Shown here: positions 38,801 through 46,781 of the stretch, piece after piece
How the letters are laid out: every line of letters begins with the position of its first letter
Position numbering within the stretch: position 1 is the first letter of the stretch
Assembly (NCBI GenBank): GCA_000092065.1
Contig: CP000588.1
DNA: 64,000 nucleotides
Source of the DNA: Ostreococcus lucimarinus
Taxonomy: Eukaryota
Direction: 5' to 3' (one strand)
Program-made: the position numbers and the translations under genes
The notes under the pieces: model-generated
Database searches by the model: none
What the model was told of the DNA's origin: nothing
What the model saw: the letters and a program-made list of their open reading frames with translations, nothing else

Positions 38801-39338
38801 TCGGTGTGTCACCCTTGCGATCCACTCGACTGACGATGACGTGAAATTCATTCGCCCCCGTGCCGCCGTCGACGCCCGATTTCGCGTTCAATCCCAAAAT
38901 CCGCCGATCGAGACTCGACGCGAGCCTTCTCGTTGGCGGCAAACCAAGGAACGGCGGTGGTGGCGGCGGCGATGGTGGCAGCGGTGGCGGCAGCGGTGGC
39001 GGCAGCGGTGGTGGTGCGAGTCCATCGCTCGACGACGCATTCGTCACCAATAATCTCCGCCGCGCCAGTCGCCTCGATTGCAAATCCAACGGCGTCGCCG
39101 CGCTCCAGCGCTTCGCGAGCCCCACCGCCAGCGCCCTCGTCGTCCTCGGCGTCCCTCGCGCACGATACGATTCCAATGACGTGTCTATGCTCAGCGCGAC
39201 GTCTTTCGTCGCGATAGCGTACGCTGCGAGCGCGATGAGACCCAACGCGCACGCGAGCGCCGCCCAAGGCTGTTTGACCACGGTTCGAGTGAAAACTTTA
39301 ACGGGCCACGAGACGCGTGTGGGGCCGTCGCGAGGCAT
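35874..39338 (-). CDS. RND-superfamily membrane protein with a sterol-sensing-domain-like region (Patched/Dispatched/NPC1-related)
   Basis: ATG at 39338. Two six-helix bundles, each following a large loop. Hallmark motifs: FLSIGIGADDVFVIYDHW in the first bundle and VGLSIDYISHIAVAY in the second. A proline tract (PPPLPPPLPPPLPPSPPPPPPF) sits in loop 1. Confidence 0.7.
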   Translation of the reverse strand: MPRDGPTRVSWPVKVFTRTVVKQPWAALACALGLIALAAYAIATKDVALSIDTSLESYRARGTPRTTRALAVGLAKRWSAATPLDLQSRRLARRRLLVTNASSSDGLAPPPLPPPLPPPLPPSPPPPPPFLGLPPTRRLASSLDRRILGLNAKSGVDGGTGANEFHVIVSRVDRKGDTPSDIANALRQVCVLKHNIEHAWGYEDTCEEDRYGDGCAAAFSIFDIENMYRLVGLWDVFEGAQKLGQGTFAEVSARLDFIRDQCGYRMFTREIVEAAHRSMCDAVAACHEYPCDVTSSARCMIGEFKIGICDFIEHVDPTVGEIIAVAKMNKNLDAVACREIDAVAVWDTMLGIEVILRWSSSWDAIEAFGAPFGILLNDAFLPNMAQERGEPRRMAIVFRLSYSDQSTIWVKNVARHVIEHFNSDVSSVSTGTFASWRHINAYNSMLDDRLAKDCVFAVGSLCVTVAFIALHTRSLSLAICSMISIIGATLLTHATYYEVYRREWFGIIHIAGIFLSIGIGADDVFVIYDHWQASANNVEEKESLDATLEERMQWTLRHSAFSISITSFTTAAAFASSIPSSIPPVRLFGTFMATQIIFLLLVSIVVTSSVLILNEKWKRIAVSRNRVMPSQEEVVDVNPTVVARRGSAQRRATIDFGDFPETLSRVIHRRMASAPLDPVALTLRPSFAVEGRPLIDEASSASTSPALSPRRTSRRRRDLLAATFTRLVYWKWTLNVVFVAMIVGAVLLGLNIVKQTGDESLSLWPKGHVIHDYTLAAQSFNSSRYEESVLVQFTFGLDAARSSVSAISDKSLSYSGVPVWLVEPNASYDFSDEDSQIWLLEFCAELRSMRDRIVSPTTVNCWIYDLDVWLKDGGLLGAHIDGLPIARQDFRYAVRTFANHVNTYGLLRFIRNRDDCDKYRLGDDLCVAYSAITVPTSARRVSTADEIRKAHDFWETWFAAKISTGPPETRGAFQSSDTWVLADTVDELKSAASLTVVYSLVLAFMVLFLCTLSVKIAAAATFCIASVVVYFVAFMALRGWRLGIIESVCVQIIVGLSIDYISHIAVAYVSTHNQPMTKDERSLSALRIVGGAITAGWFSSIAAAACLLGCTIVFFTKFATFIVVTLTASFIHAVVVLPVVLAALGPAYVQPPPR

Positions 39339-39550
39339 GTCTGCGAGCGTTTACGCGAAGATCAAGATATAATACGCGCCTGGAGCGCGTTTGAGCGCGC
39401 GTGAACGCGGACGCGCGATGCGAACCGCTTTGGAGTGAGGACGCGCGCTCGCGGTTCTCCGGCGCCAACGAGGCGCGGAGTGAGCCGCGCTCGATCGGTG
39501 CGTCCGGTTACAGAGTGCTACTATGATATTGAAACAAAATATTGTATGGT

Positions 39551-40375
39551 TTAGTTAAGGCCATCGACGAATGCACAGACGGTGGATTTCAGCTCGGGAA
39601 TCACCGGATCTTTACCGACGTAACAGTCGAAGAGCGCGCGACAGAGCGAGGCGTCGGCGATGACGCTCACGCGTTTACCCTTGATGAACGTCGCGAGCTC
39701 ACCCTCGAACGTGGCGTGAAAATCCAACGAAGTCCCCTTTTTAAAACTCACACCATCGAAAATCGCCTCAAACGCCCTCAACGCCGGCGAATCGGCGTCC
39801 ATCGCCGGTCGTATGCGTTCCGCGAGTGCCTCGACGATTTTATCGCCGCCGACGTTTCGCGCGAAAACCAATCGCACCAAGCGTTCGTACGACGCCGCAT
39901 CACCATCGCGCGCACCATCGACGTCAACATAAAATCCGCACGCGTACACTTTTACGCTCAACCCTGCGATGCGTTTCACGCGGGCGCCGCGTCCCGCGAG
40001 CGCGAGCGCTTTATCGCCCGGCGTCATCGCCGCCGGCACCTTCAGCCCCGTCCTCGGCTCCGTCACCATCGCCGTCGCTTCGCTCGATGGCGTCGAACCC
40101 GCATCGCTCGGCGCGGACGTCGACGCCAGTCCCGGTCGCGCGCGCGTCGGTCGTCGTCGTCGTCGTCGTTCGGCCGACCTCGGGCGCTCGACACCGTCGA
40201 CACCATCGGCGGCATCGGCGCGCGTCCACGCGCGTCCGTCCCCGCTCGGCGCGCGCGTCGACGCGGGCGACATCTGTTCGCGCTCCGGTCGCGCGCGCGT
40301 CGTCGCGCGCGTCGCCGCGGCGCCGCGCTCTGGCGCGCGCGCGGTGCGGTCGGTCGCGCCCATGGTCTCACTCAT
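39551..40375 (-). CDS. Chalcone-isomerase-fold protein (CHI-like / fatty-acid-binding FAP-type) with presequence
   Basis: ATG at 40375. KVYACGFYVD ... FARNVGGDKIVEALAE ... FEAIFDGVSFKKGTSLDFHATFEGELATFIKGKRVSVIADASLCRALFDCYVGKDPVIPELK matches the CHI-like pattern. Confidence 0.65.
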   Translation of the reverse strand: MSETMGATDRTARAPERGAAATRATTRARPEREQMSPASTRAPSGDGRAWTRADAADGVDGVERPRSAERRRRRRPTRARPGLASTSAPSDAGSTPSSEATAMVTEPRTGLKVPAAMTPGDKALALAGRGARVKRIAGLSVKVYACGFYVDVDGARDGDAASYERLVRLVFARNVGGDKIVEALAERIRPAMDADSPALRAFEAIFDGVSFKKGTSLDFHATFEGELATFIKGKRVSVIADASLCRALFDCYVGKDPVIPELKSTVCAFVDGLN

Positions 40376-40432
40376 GAATCATACGATTCATATTGTGATC
40401 GCCGCTGATCTGTCATGAAGTCTTCGTTTGTC

Positions 40433-40469
40433 CGAACTAAAACTCGACGCCGCGTCGGTTTTTAGTTCG
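40433..40469. repeat. 37-bp imperfect palindrome (dyad) in the CHI-like / RPS29 divergent promoter
   Basis: cgaactaaaactcgacgc-c-gcgtcggtttttagttcg. Sixteen of 18 arm positions are Watson-Crick complementary, with one T:G and one C:T position. The centre is at 40451. Confidence 0.8.
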
Positions 40470-40542
40470 ATGCGCGAGCTCGCGCGCCTCGACCGCCGCG
40501 TCCGCCTCTTCGCGACGCGCCGACCGACGCACGCACGCAACC

Positions 40543-41002
40543 ATGGGACACAACGATATCTGGGCCTCTCACCCGGCCAACTACGGCAAGGGTTCTCGAC
40601 GATGGTACGCGCGACGACGACGCGAACGCGACGCGCGCGATGGGACGACGACGCGATCGCGGGGCGAGACGACGACGACGGTCGCCGCGCGCGCGCGCGA
40701 TGCGACGGCGCGAGACGACGGCGAAGGGTGACTGGGTATTCGTGGCTTCGCGCGCGAGGACGATGATGCGCGGGAGGGCGATGCGTGGGACGTGGGACGG
40801 CGCGCGAAGAGAACCCTTGCCGACCCTAGGGCTTTGAGCCCGAGCGAGCGCGAGCGAGCGACTGACCGAGGTATTGTTTTACGATGAACGCAGCCGCGTG
40901 TGCGAAAACCAGTGGGCGATCATTCGCAAGTACGACTTGAACATCTGCCGTCAGTGCTTCCGGGAATACGCGAAGGACATCGGTTTCGTTAAGAACAACT
41001 AA
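40543..41002 (+). CDS. RPS29: Cytosolic ribosomal protein S29 (uS14), join(40543..40604,40894..41002), 56 aa
   Basis: Exon 1 encodes [20 protein letters not shown] plus 'tg'. Exon 2 adds 'c' and encodes ...[36 protein letters not shown], then TAA at 41000-41002. The spliced product is colinear with human RPS29 ([56 protein letters not shown]). The ORF track shows only exon 1 read through into the intron. Confidence 0.9.
40605..40893 (+). other. Spliceosomal intron of RPS29 (289 nt, GTACGC...CAG, phase 2)
   Basis: Donor tg|gtacgc at 40605 and acceptor gaacgcag| ending at 40893. Branch-like ACTGAC at 40861-40866. Only this splice restores the conserved GSRxCRVC zinc-knuckle frame. Confidence 0.85.
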
Positions 41003-41127
41003 TGTTCAAAGTGAAGACGACGCGCGCGGGTTGACGCGCCGATTAGCTAGCGGAGAGTAGACGAGGATCGTATGTGTTGTGAATGTCGATACGACCAGTT
41101 ACTTAATACAGTGTGCGAACCTACCTA

Positions 41128-44100
41128 TCAGCCGCTCAATTTTTTGCCGCTACGCGTATGACGGGGAGACGGGTCGCGCAAGAGTTTGCGTTGATCCTCT
41201 ACGTCGGACGCGAGTCTTTTTATCGCGTTTAATCGCTTGAGCTTTTTCGGCGGACCCATGACGACATCGTCTTCTCGCACTTTTTCGGCGGCTTCCCCTT
41301 CGCCGGCGGGCTCGTCGTCCTCGCTCGGCTCCGCCATTTCTTCGTCTGCGACGTCGGCGGGCTCGTCTTCTTCGCTCGCCGTCGGAGCAGGCAAACGTCG
41401 CGGCGGCGCGTCATCATCCGCGCGCATGAAACCGAAGTTATCCAGTGTTTCGTGGGTGCGCCTGACTTCTTCCATCGACTCTTCGTCGTCTACCAAGGCG
41501 CCCGTGCGCGAGAGGAGCGTGTCGACTAAAAAAGTTCCGCGATACAGACGCTCGAGACGCGAGCGATGACGCTCGGTGTACGCCCGACACGCTCTAGTGA
41601 TTTGAGAAATCTCCGGAACCTTGCTCAGTTCCTCCATGGTGTGTGTGCGGAAGATGGCGGCGAGAACGTGTTGCGCGACGTGGCACGTGCGTCCGTTTGT
41701 GTTCCACTCGCGCACGCACTTGAGCACTCGCGCGAGCTTGTCTTCGTGCAACGGCTCGACGCATTTCCGGAGTCTGGCGTCGCCATTTTCGTAGTCACTC
41801 TCCAGAAGTTTCGTCAAAACACGAAGAAGTGCACCAGGGCGCTCGAGTCTGAGCGCTAAATCGATCGCCTTCGTGACTTCGCCCGAGCGCTCGGCGTTGA
41901 AGAATGCTTGCTCGCGTTCGACGGCGAGGGCGTGCTTCTTCGCCGCATCGGCGGTGGTGCTCGACGTGGAGTCCTTCCACAGCGCCATGGACGCGTCGGT
42001 GCCCCCAGTGGCGATCCAATCGCCATCGCTTGCCACGGCCAGCGCCCAAGCTTTGTCTTCGTGCGCATCGATGGATGCGGCGCAAGACCCAGAGGTGACG
42101 TTCCATAAATTCAACAGCCCGTCGCCACCCGTGGTGACAAGCTGGGTACCTCGAGACATAAATTTAATGCTCAACACCGCTGCGGTATGACCTTCGAGCG
42201 TGCGCAAGCAAGCACCGTTGGTGTCGCTCCCAGCACGGTCATCGGCGCTCCAAATCTTCACCATCTTGTCGCCGCCCGCGGTGGCGAGTACGCGATCCGA
42301 AGGAGAAAACGCGCACGCCCAAACTCCACGACGATGGCCGCGTAGCGTGGCCAACGGAACTAAATCGGGCATTTTCCAAATCTTCGCCGTCTTATCGCTC
42401 GAACACGTGGCAACCATGCGGAGGTGCGGCGCAACGGCAACGCCGTTGAGGGACTTGTCGTGCGCCACTGTGGCCGCCGTAGCGTTCAATTCGCCGTCGC
42501 CATTTCGCCGAACTCCATCTATGTCCCATACGCGAAGCACGCGGTCGACGCCACCCGAAATGGCAAACGGTGCGCCATTTTTCGAGTTCGGGGGAAACGC
42601 TACCGCGGCAACTGCGCCGACATGGCCTTCGCCGACGGCGATGCACTCTCGCGTGGCGGCGTCCCACAGTCGTACCGTGTGATCCTTTGCGCCCGTCAAA
42701 ATGAGCGCTGTCCCGTCCGTCGTCATCGTGGCATCAACCGAGAGCACAACGGCGCTGTGACCGTTCAAAGATCCGACACATGACATCGTCGTCGGATCAA
42801 ACATACGTACCGTGGGCGAGTTGGTGACCACGGCTACTTCTCTCGGCGGTCTCGCGAGCGTTCGCTCGTCTTCATTCTCGTTCTCGTCGCTATCGCCATC
42901 GATGTTTCGCTTCTTTTGAAGTGCTTGCTCTTTCGCACCGGGTACGAACGCCAAACCGATCACTTCATCCGTATTCGCAACAATTTCGCGTTCAATCTCC
43001 AACGACGTCGTCTCTGCGTTGGCCTGGTACGTCAACAAACGCGCGTCGCCGCTCACGCCAATCAAACGGTTCCCATCGTGTGTGAGCGCACACTTCGTGA
43101 ACGTTCCCGCGGCGGCTTCAAAATCTTCGTCATTATCATCGCCTCCTTTGGTGAGCGTATTTACCGCTACGAGAGGTGCGGACTCGATCGAATGCTTCGC
43201 CGCGTTCTCGCGCCAAACTCGAACGCGTCCGCCGTCGCCGACGACGGCGAAAATGACTCCGCGCCCGCCCGGCGGCGGCTTCACCTTGCAGTCGCGAACG
43301 ATGGCTGAATCCGGACGTAAAATCACGCAATCCTCGATCGTTTCGTGAACCGCCGTCGTCGTTCGCGGATTGAGCGTGTCTAAATCAAACGTTCGAACTA
43401 TTTTGTCCCGCCCCGCGGTGAGCAACGTGTTCGATTCGACGTCGATTCGAATCGACGTCACCGCACTCACGTGCGCGTTCGCCACGAACGCGACGCAGCC
43501 ATCGGATGAGGCCTTCTTACCCTTCTTCCCGACGCCCGCCTCGCCCGTGAGCGACCACATCGCGAGCGACCCATCCTCCGCCGCGGTGAACGCTCTCGCC
43601 TCTCTAACGCTCGGATGAAACGCCGTCGCCGTCACCGCCCCTCCGTGCTTCCCGCGAAACGCGTGCGTGCAGTACCCTCGTTCGATGTCCCACACTCGCG
43701 CCGTTCGATCGGCGCTCCCCGTGCACAACAGCGTCCCCGTGACGTCCACGCACATGTCCAACACCGGCGACGTCTTGTGCGGCGACCACGCCTTCGTCCT
43801 CCGCATCGTCGTCCCCCCCCTCCCATCCTCCATCGCGTCCAACCGCACGACGCGTCCGCTCCGACTCGCGCAAAACACCTTCGTCCCGCTTCGATCCATC
43901 GCGATCGACGTCATCGCCTCCCCATCGCCCTCGTCCCGCGCGAGCGCCGTCGTCGTCGACGTCGTCGCCGCGTCGCCTCGCCGCGTCGTCGACCGCGTCA
44001 GCGACACCCCTCCCTCGCGCGTCGCGCACGCGTACACCACCTCATCCGCGCGCGTCTCCCGTCGCGCCGCGCGCGCCTTCGGCGCGCGCGTCTCGCGTCC

Positions 44101-44265
44101 GTCGCCGTCGCCGTCGTTCGTCCCGTCGCCGTCGCCGCCGCCGTCCCGCGCCGGCGTCGCGATCGCCATCGGCGCGCCGCGTCCGACGTAGAACGCGCCC
44201 AACCGCGAGGACGCCGCGACGGACGTCCGCGCGCGCGCTCGGCGCTCGCGAGACGTCGTCGCCAT
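41128..44265 (-). CDS. UTP13: WD40-repeat U3 snoRNP / SSU-processome protein UTP13 (TBL3)
   Basis: The track start at 44382 is GTG; the first ATG is at 44265 (MATTSRERR). About 12 WD repeats are present (e.g. GHRRGVWACAFSPSDRVLATAGGDKMVKIWS, LEGHTAAVLSIKFMSRGTQLVTTGGDGLLNLWN). A Utp13-type helical C-terminus follows (AIDLALRLERPGALLRVLTKLL ... ARVLKCVREWNTN). Confidence 0.8.
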   Translation of the reverse strand: MATTSRERRARARTSVAASSRLGAFYVGRGAPMAIATPARDGGGDGDGTNDGDGDGRETRAPKARAARRETRADEVVYACATREGGVSLTRSTTRRGDAATTSTTTALARDEGDGEAMTSIAMDRSGTKVFCASRSGRVVRLDAMEDGRGGTTMRRTKAWSPHKTSPVLDMCVDVTGTLLCTGSADRTARVWDIERGYCTHAFRGKHGGAVTATAFHPSVREARAFTAAEDGSLAMWSLTGEAGVGKKGKKASSDGCVAFVANAHVSAVTSIRIDVESNTLLTAGRDKIVRTFDLDTLNPRTTTAVHETIEDCVILRPDSAIVRDCKVKPPPGGRGVIFAVVGDGGRVRVWRENAAKHSIESAPLVAVNTLTKGGDDNDEDFEAAAGTFTKCALTHDGNRLIGVSGDARLLTYQANAETTSLEIEREIVANTDEVIGLAFVPGAKEQALQKKRNIDGDSDENENEDERTLARPPREVAVVTNSPTVRMFDPTTMSCVGSLNGHSAVVLSVDATMTTDGTALILTGAKDHTVRLWDAATRECIAVGEGHVGAVAAVAFPPNSKNGAPFAISGGVDRVLRVWDIDGVRRNGDGELNATAATVAHDKSLNGVAVAPHLRMVATCSSDKTAKIWKMPDLVPLATLRGHRRGVWACAFSPSDRVLATAGGDKMVKIWSADDRAGSDTNGACLRTLEGHTAAVLSIKFMSRGTQLVTTGGDGLLNLWNVTSGSCAASIDAHEDKAWALAVASDGDWIATGGTDASMALWKDSTSSTTADAAKKHALAVEREQAFFNAERSGEVTKAIDLALRLERPGALLRVLTKLLESDYENGDARLRKCVEPLHEDKLARVLKCVREWNTNGRTCHVAQHVLAAIFRTHTMEELSKVPEISQITRACRAYTERHRSRLERLYRGTFLVDTLLSRTGALVDDEESMEEVRRTHETLDNFGFMRADDDAPPRRLPAPTASEEDEPADVADEEMAEPSEDDEPAGEGEAAEKVREDDVVMGPPKKLKRLNAIKRLASDVEDQRKLLRDPSPRHTRSGKKLSG

Positions 44266-44341
44266 CGTCGCCGTCGCCGTCGTCGTCGTCGCGCTCTGCG
44301 TCGGACGCGCGGTCGTTCTCGCGTTTTCACGCGCGTTTTCG

Positions 44342-44650
44342 CGTTTTACTGGTGGCGTGTCACTCGTTTTATCGTACACCACGTCTCGTGATCACCATGA
44401 TTGAAACGGGACCCCGCGATCGATCGCTTACTGTTTGCGCACGCGGTCGGTACGCGGTCGGTACGCGGTCGGTCGCGCGTGTTCGCGCGCGCGTGCGTTT
44501 TACTGGTGGCGTGTCACTCGTTTGAATCGTACACCACGTCTCGTGATCACCATGATTGGAACGGGTCCCCGCGATCGATCGCTGACTGTTTGCGCACACG
44601 GTCGCGCACGCGGTCGGTCGGTCGGTCGTCGCGAGCCGATCCGCGAGAGA
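44342..44650. repeat. Tandem direct duplication, period ~154 bp, two copies (44342..44495 and 44496..~44650)
   Basis: A core of about 105 bp (cgttttactggtggcgtgtcactcgttt..atcgtacaccacgtctcgtgatcaccatgattg.aacggg.ccccgcgatcgatcgct.actgtttgcgcac) repeats with about 6 differences. Each copy ends in GGTCGG-type micro-repeats: (ACGCGGTCGGT)x3 at 44441-44473 and (CGGT)x4 at 44611-44626. Confidence 0.9.
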
Positions 44651-44799
44651 ATTCTTTGAATTAATTCGAATGGGAACGATTCGGCGTTCGATCGTCGACG
44701 CGCGCCGCACGGCGCGACGCGCGAGCGCACGGTGCGCTCTACCACGCGGTGCGAACGCCCGCGCGCGCGAACGACGGTTTACGCGACGGGACGCGCGCG

Positions 44800-46725
44800 A
44801 TGGCGGCGGTGATGCGGTGCGCGATGCCGACGCGCGATCGCGCGGGCGCGCGAACACGCGCGGGGATTCGCGCGCGACGCGACGGCGGCGCGGCGATGCG
44901 GGCGGCGCGCGTCGCGGGAGGGGCGCGAGGGGAGACAGCGCGCGCGATCGGGGCGCACGGCGCGATCGGGGCGATCGGGGGGGTGGGCGGGACGGCGGCG
45001 CGCGGGACGGCGCGAGGGGCGCGAGGGCGAGCGGCGAGCGACGCGGCGAGCGCGGGATCGTCGTATTGGAGCGAGGAGACGTCGAGGGAGACGGAAACGG
45101 TCGTGGAGACGACGACGGGGGGGGTGAAGGCGACGATGACGTTCGCGGCGACGGAGGAGGAGGAGGAGGACGAGGGCGCGGGCGCGGGGAAGCGAGCGCT
45201 CGGTTTGGCGGCGTTCGCCGCGGTCGTCGCGGCGTTTGCGTACAGCGATGTCAGCGCGAGCTTTCCGTTTTTAGCGCCGGCGCAGACGCTGGCGAGAGCG
45301 TTGGTCGATATGGTGGCGGCGGGGGTTGATTATTTCGTCGACGTTACGCTCGACGCGTACGACGCCGCCATTTTGGGATGCATCAACGTGTTCTCTTGGT
45401 TTCAATCGTTCCTGCTGACGCCGGGTGGAGTGATCGAGAACGGTGCGAAGGCGTCGTCGGCCGTCATGGCCGATCCGAGCACGTTCGTGTCCAAGGCGGT
45501 TGGCTTGTTGTGCGCCAAGCCGTTCATGTCAATCGCGGCGGTGTTGTTGACGCTGTCTCGAGTCGTCGCGTCGTGGACGTTTGCCGCGGCTGAGTACGCG
45601 TGCGCGCTTTTGTACGCTATGCCGGTTTACGTCTTCACGCCGACGGCGGTTTTGGCGTACTTGTACTTCAAGAAGCGGTCCATCGAAAAGGTTGAGATCG
45701 AGAAGGTGAAGTCGACCAGGAAGATGGCCAAGGCGAAAGCCAAAGCGGCGACCATCGTGTCCACTGGCTCCGCCACGGGAGCGAGTGCGAAGTGGGCCGA
45801 GCGCCTCGCCGCGGGAACGACGAGCCTTGAATCGTTCACGGCATCGGCGACGCGCTCGTCTGACGTGACTGTCATCGATTCGTCGAGCGACTTTTCGTAT
45901 TCGAGCTCGAGCTCGTACGCGAACGACGCCTCGTCCACGCCCATCGTGGCCACACCGGTCAACTACGATTCTTACTCTAGCAGCTCGTCGAGCGCGAGCG
46001 CGAGCGCGAGCTTGTCAGGTTTCACCGGTGTGTACGATTTCGAGGAATCGTATGCCAATCGCGAGGCGTTGATGGGTGGCTACAACATCGATCAGGCGGA
46101 AGTCGAGCGTCTCTACGCCGAGTTGATGCCGAAGGATGCCGGTATTCCGCTTCCGACCTTGACGGTGACTGAAAAGGTCGATGACACGGCTGAAACGAAG
46201 TTCATGGAACAGGCGAGCAGCGTGGCCACGGCGACGAAGGAGGAAGTGAAATCGACCTCGAGCGCGGCGGCGGCCAAGGCGGTGGACACGAAGACCGAAG
46301 CGGTAGTGAAGGCTGAGGTGAAGCCGACGCCGGTCACGCCGGTGAAGACATCTTCCTCGTCTTCGACGTCGACGACGACGACTTCGACGACTTCGACGTC
46401 GACGGCGAGCGCGAGCGGCACGAAGGAAGTGAAAAAGGGTGGTAGCAAGGAGGCGTTCCTGGGTTTCGTCGACAAGGTGAGCTCGATTAAACCAGAGGAC
46501 GTCACGAAGGTTGTGACGGAGACCGCGAAGGTCGTGACGTCTAAAGAGAGCTTGGATCTGGCGGCGAAACTGGCGAGTGAAGCCGCTAACAAGGTGCAGT
46601 CGTCGATCAAGAGCGTCGACGAAGACGCGGAATCCAAGTCGACGACGCTTCCAGGTGGTACGCGCAAAGTCTCGTCGCAAGACGACGACTTGAGCGAAGG
46701 TACGATGATCAAGAAGAAAAAGTAA
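44800..46725 (+). CDS. Hypothetical membrane protein: presequence-like N-terminus, hydrophobic core, long Ser/Thr/Ala-rich tail
   Basis: The track start at 44749 is GTG; the first ATG is at 44800. Hydrophobic helices include LGLAAFAAVVAAFAY, FMSIAAVLLTLSRVVASWTFAAAEYACALLY and MPVYVFTPTAVLAYLYF. The C-terminal half is low-complexity ([22 protein letters not shown]). I recognise no family. Confidence 0.5.
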   Translation: MAAVMRCAMPTRDRAGARTRAGIRARRDGGAAMRAARVAGGARGETARAIGAHGAIGAIGGVGGTAARGTARGARGRAASDAASAGSSYWSEETSRETETVVETTTGGVKATMTFAATEEEEEDEGAGAGKRALGLAAFAAVVAAFAYSDVSASFPFLAPAQTLARALVDMVAAGVDYFVDVTLDAYDAAILGCINVFSWFQSFLLTPGGVIENGAKASSAVMADPSTFVSKAVGLLCAKPFMSIAAVLLTLSRVVASWTFAAAEYACALLYAMPVYVFTPTAVLAYLYFKKRSIEKVEIEKVKSTRKMAKAKAKAATIVSTGSATGASAKWAERLAAGTTSLESFTASATRSSDVTVIDSSSDFSYSSSSSYANDASSTPIVATPVNYDSYSSSSSSASASASLSGFTGVYDFEESYANREALMGGYNIDQAEVERLYAELMPKDAGIPLPTLTVTEKVDDTAETKFMEQASSVATATKEEVKSTSSAAAAKAVDTKTEAVVKAEVKPTPVTPVKTSSSSSTSTTTTSTTSTSTASASGTKEVKKGGSKEAFLGFVDKVSSIKPEDVTKVVTETAKVVTSKESLDLAAKLASEAANKVQSSIKSVDEDAESKSTTLPGGTRKVSSQDDDLSEGTMIKKKK

Positions 46726-46781
46726 ACGCGATTGCCTAGCTAACTCTCACTAAGTGCTATAACATATACCGCTATGAATGA

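Noticed and set aside
40605-40893. Possible intronic C/D-box snoRNA in the RPS29 intron (TGATGC near 40763 and CTGA at 40862)
   Set aside because: The C-box is imperfect. I could not find a convincing terminal stem or a D'/C' pair. The CTGA is better explained as part of the ACTGAC branch-site-like element, which also occurs in the HMG intron. A snoRNA scan would settle it.
44342-44650. Interpreting the 154-bp tandem repeat as a transposon/MITE or as an snRNA/snoRNA gene pair
   Set aside because: There are no terminal inverted repeats, target-site duplications or coding capacity. The GTGATCAC element is one mismatch from a C-box, but the candidate D-box (CTGA) is present in only one copy. 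It is kept as a plain tandem duplication.
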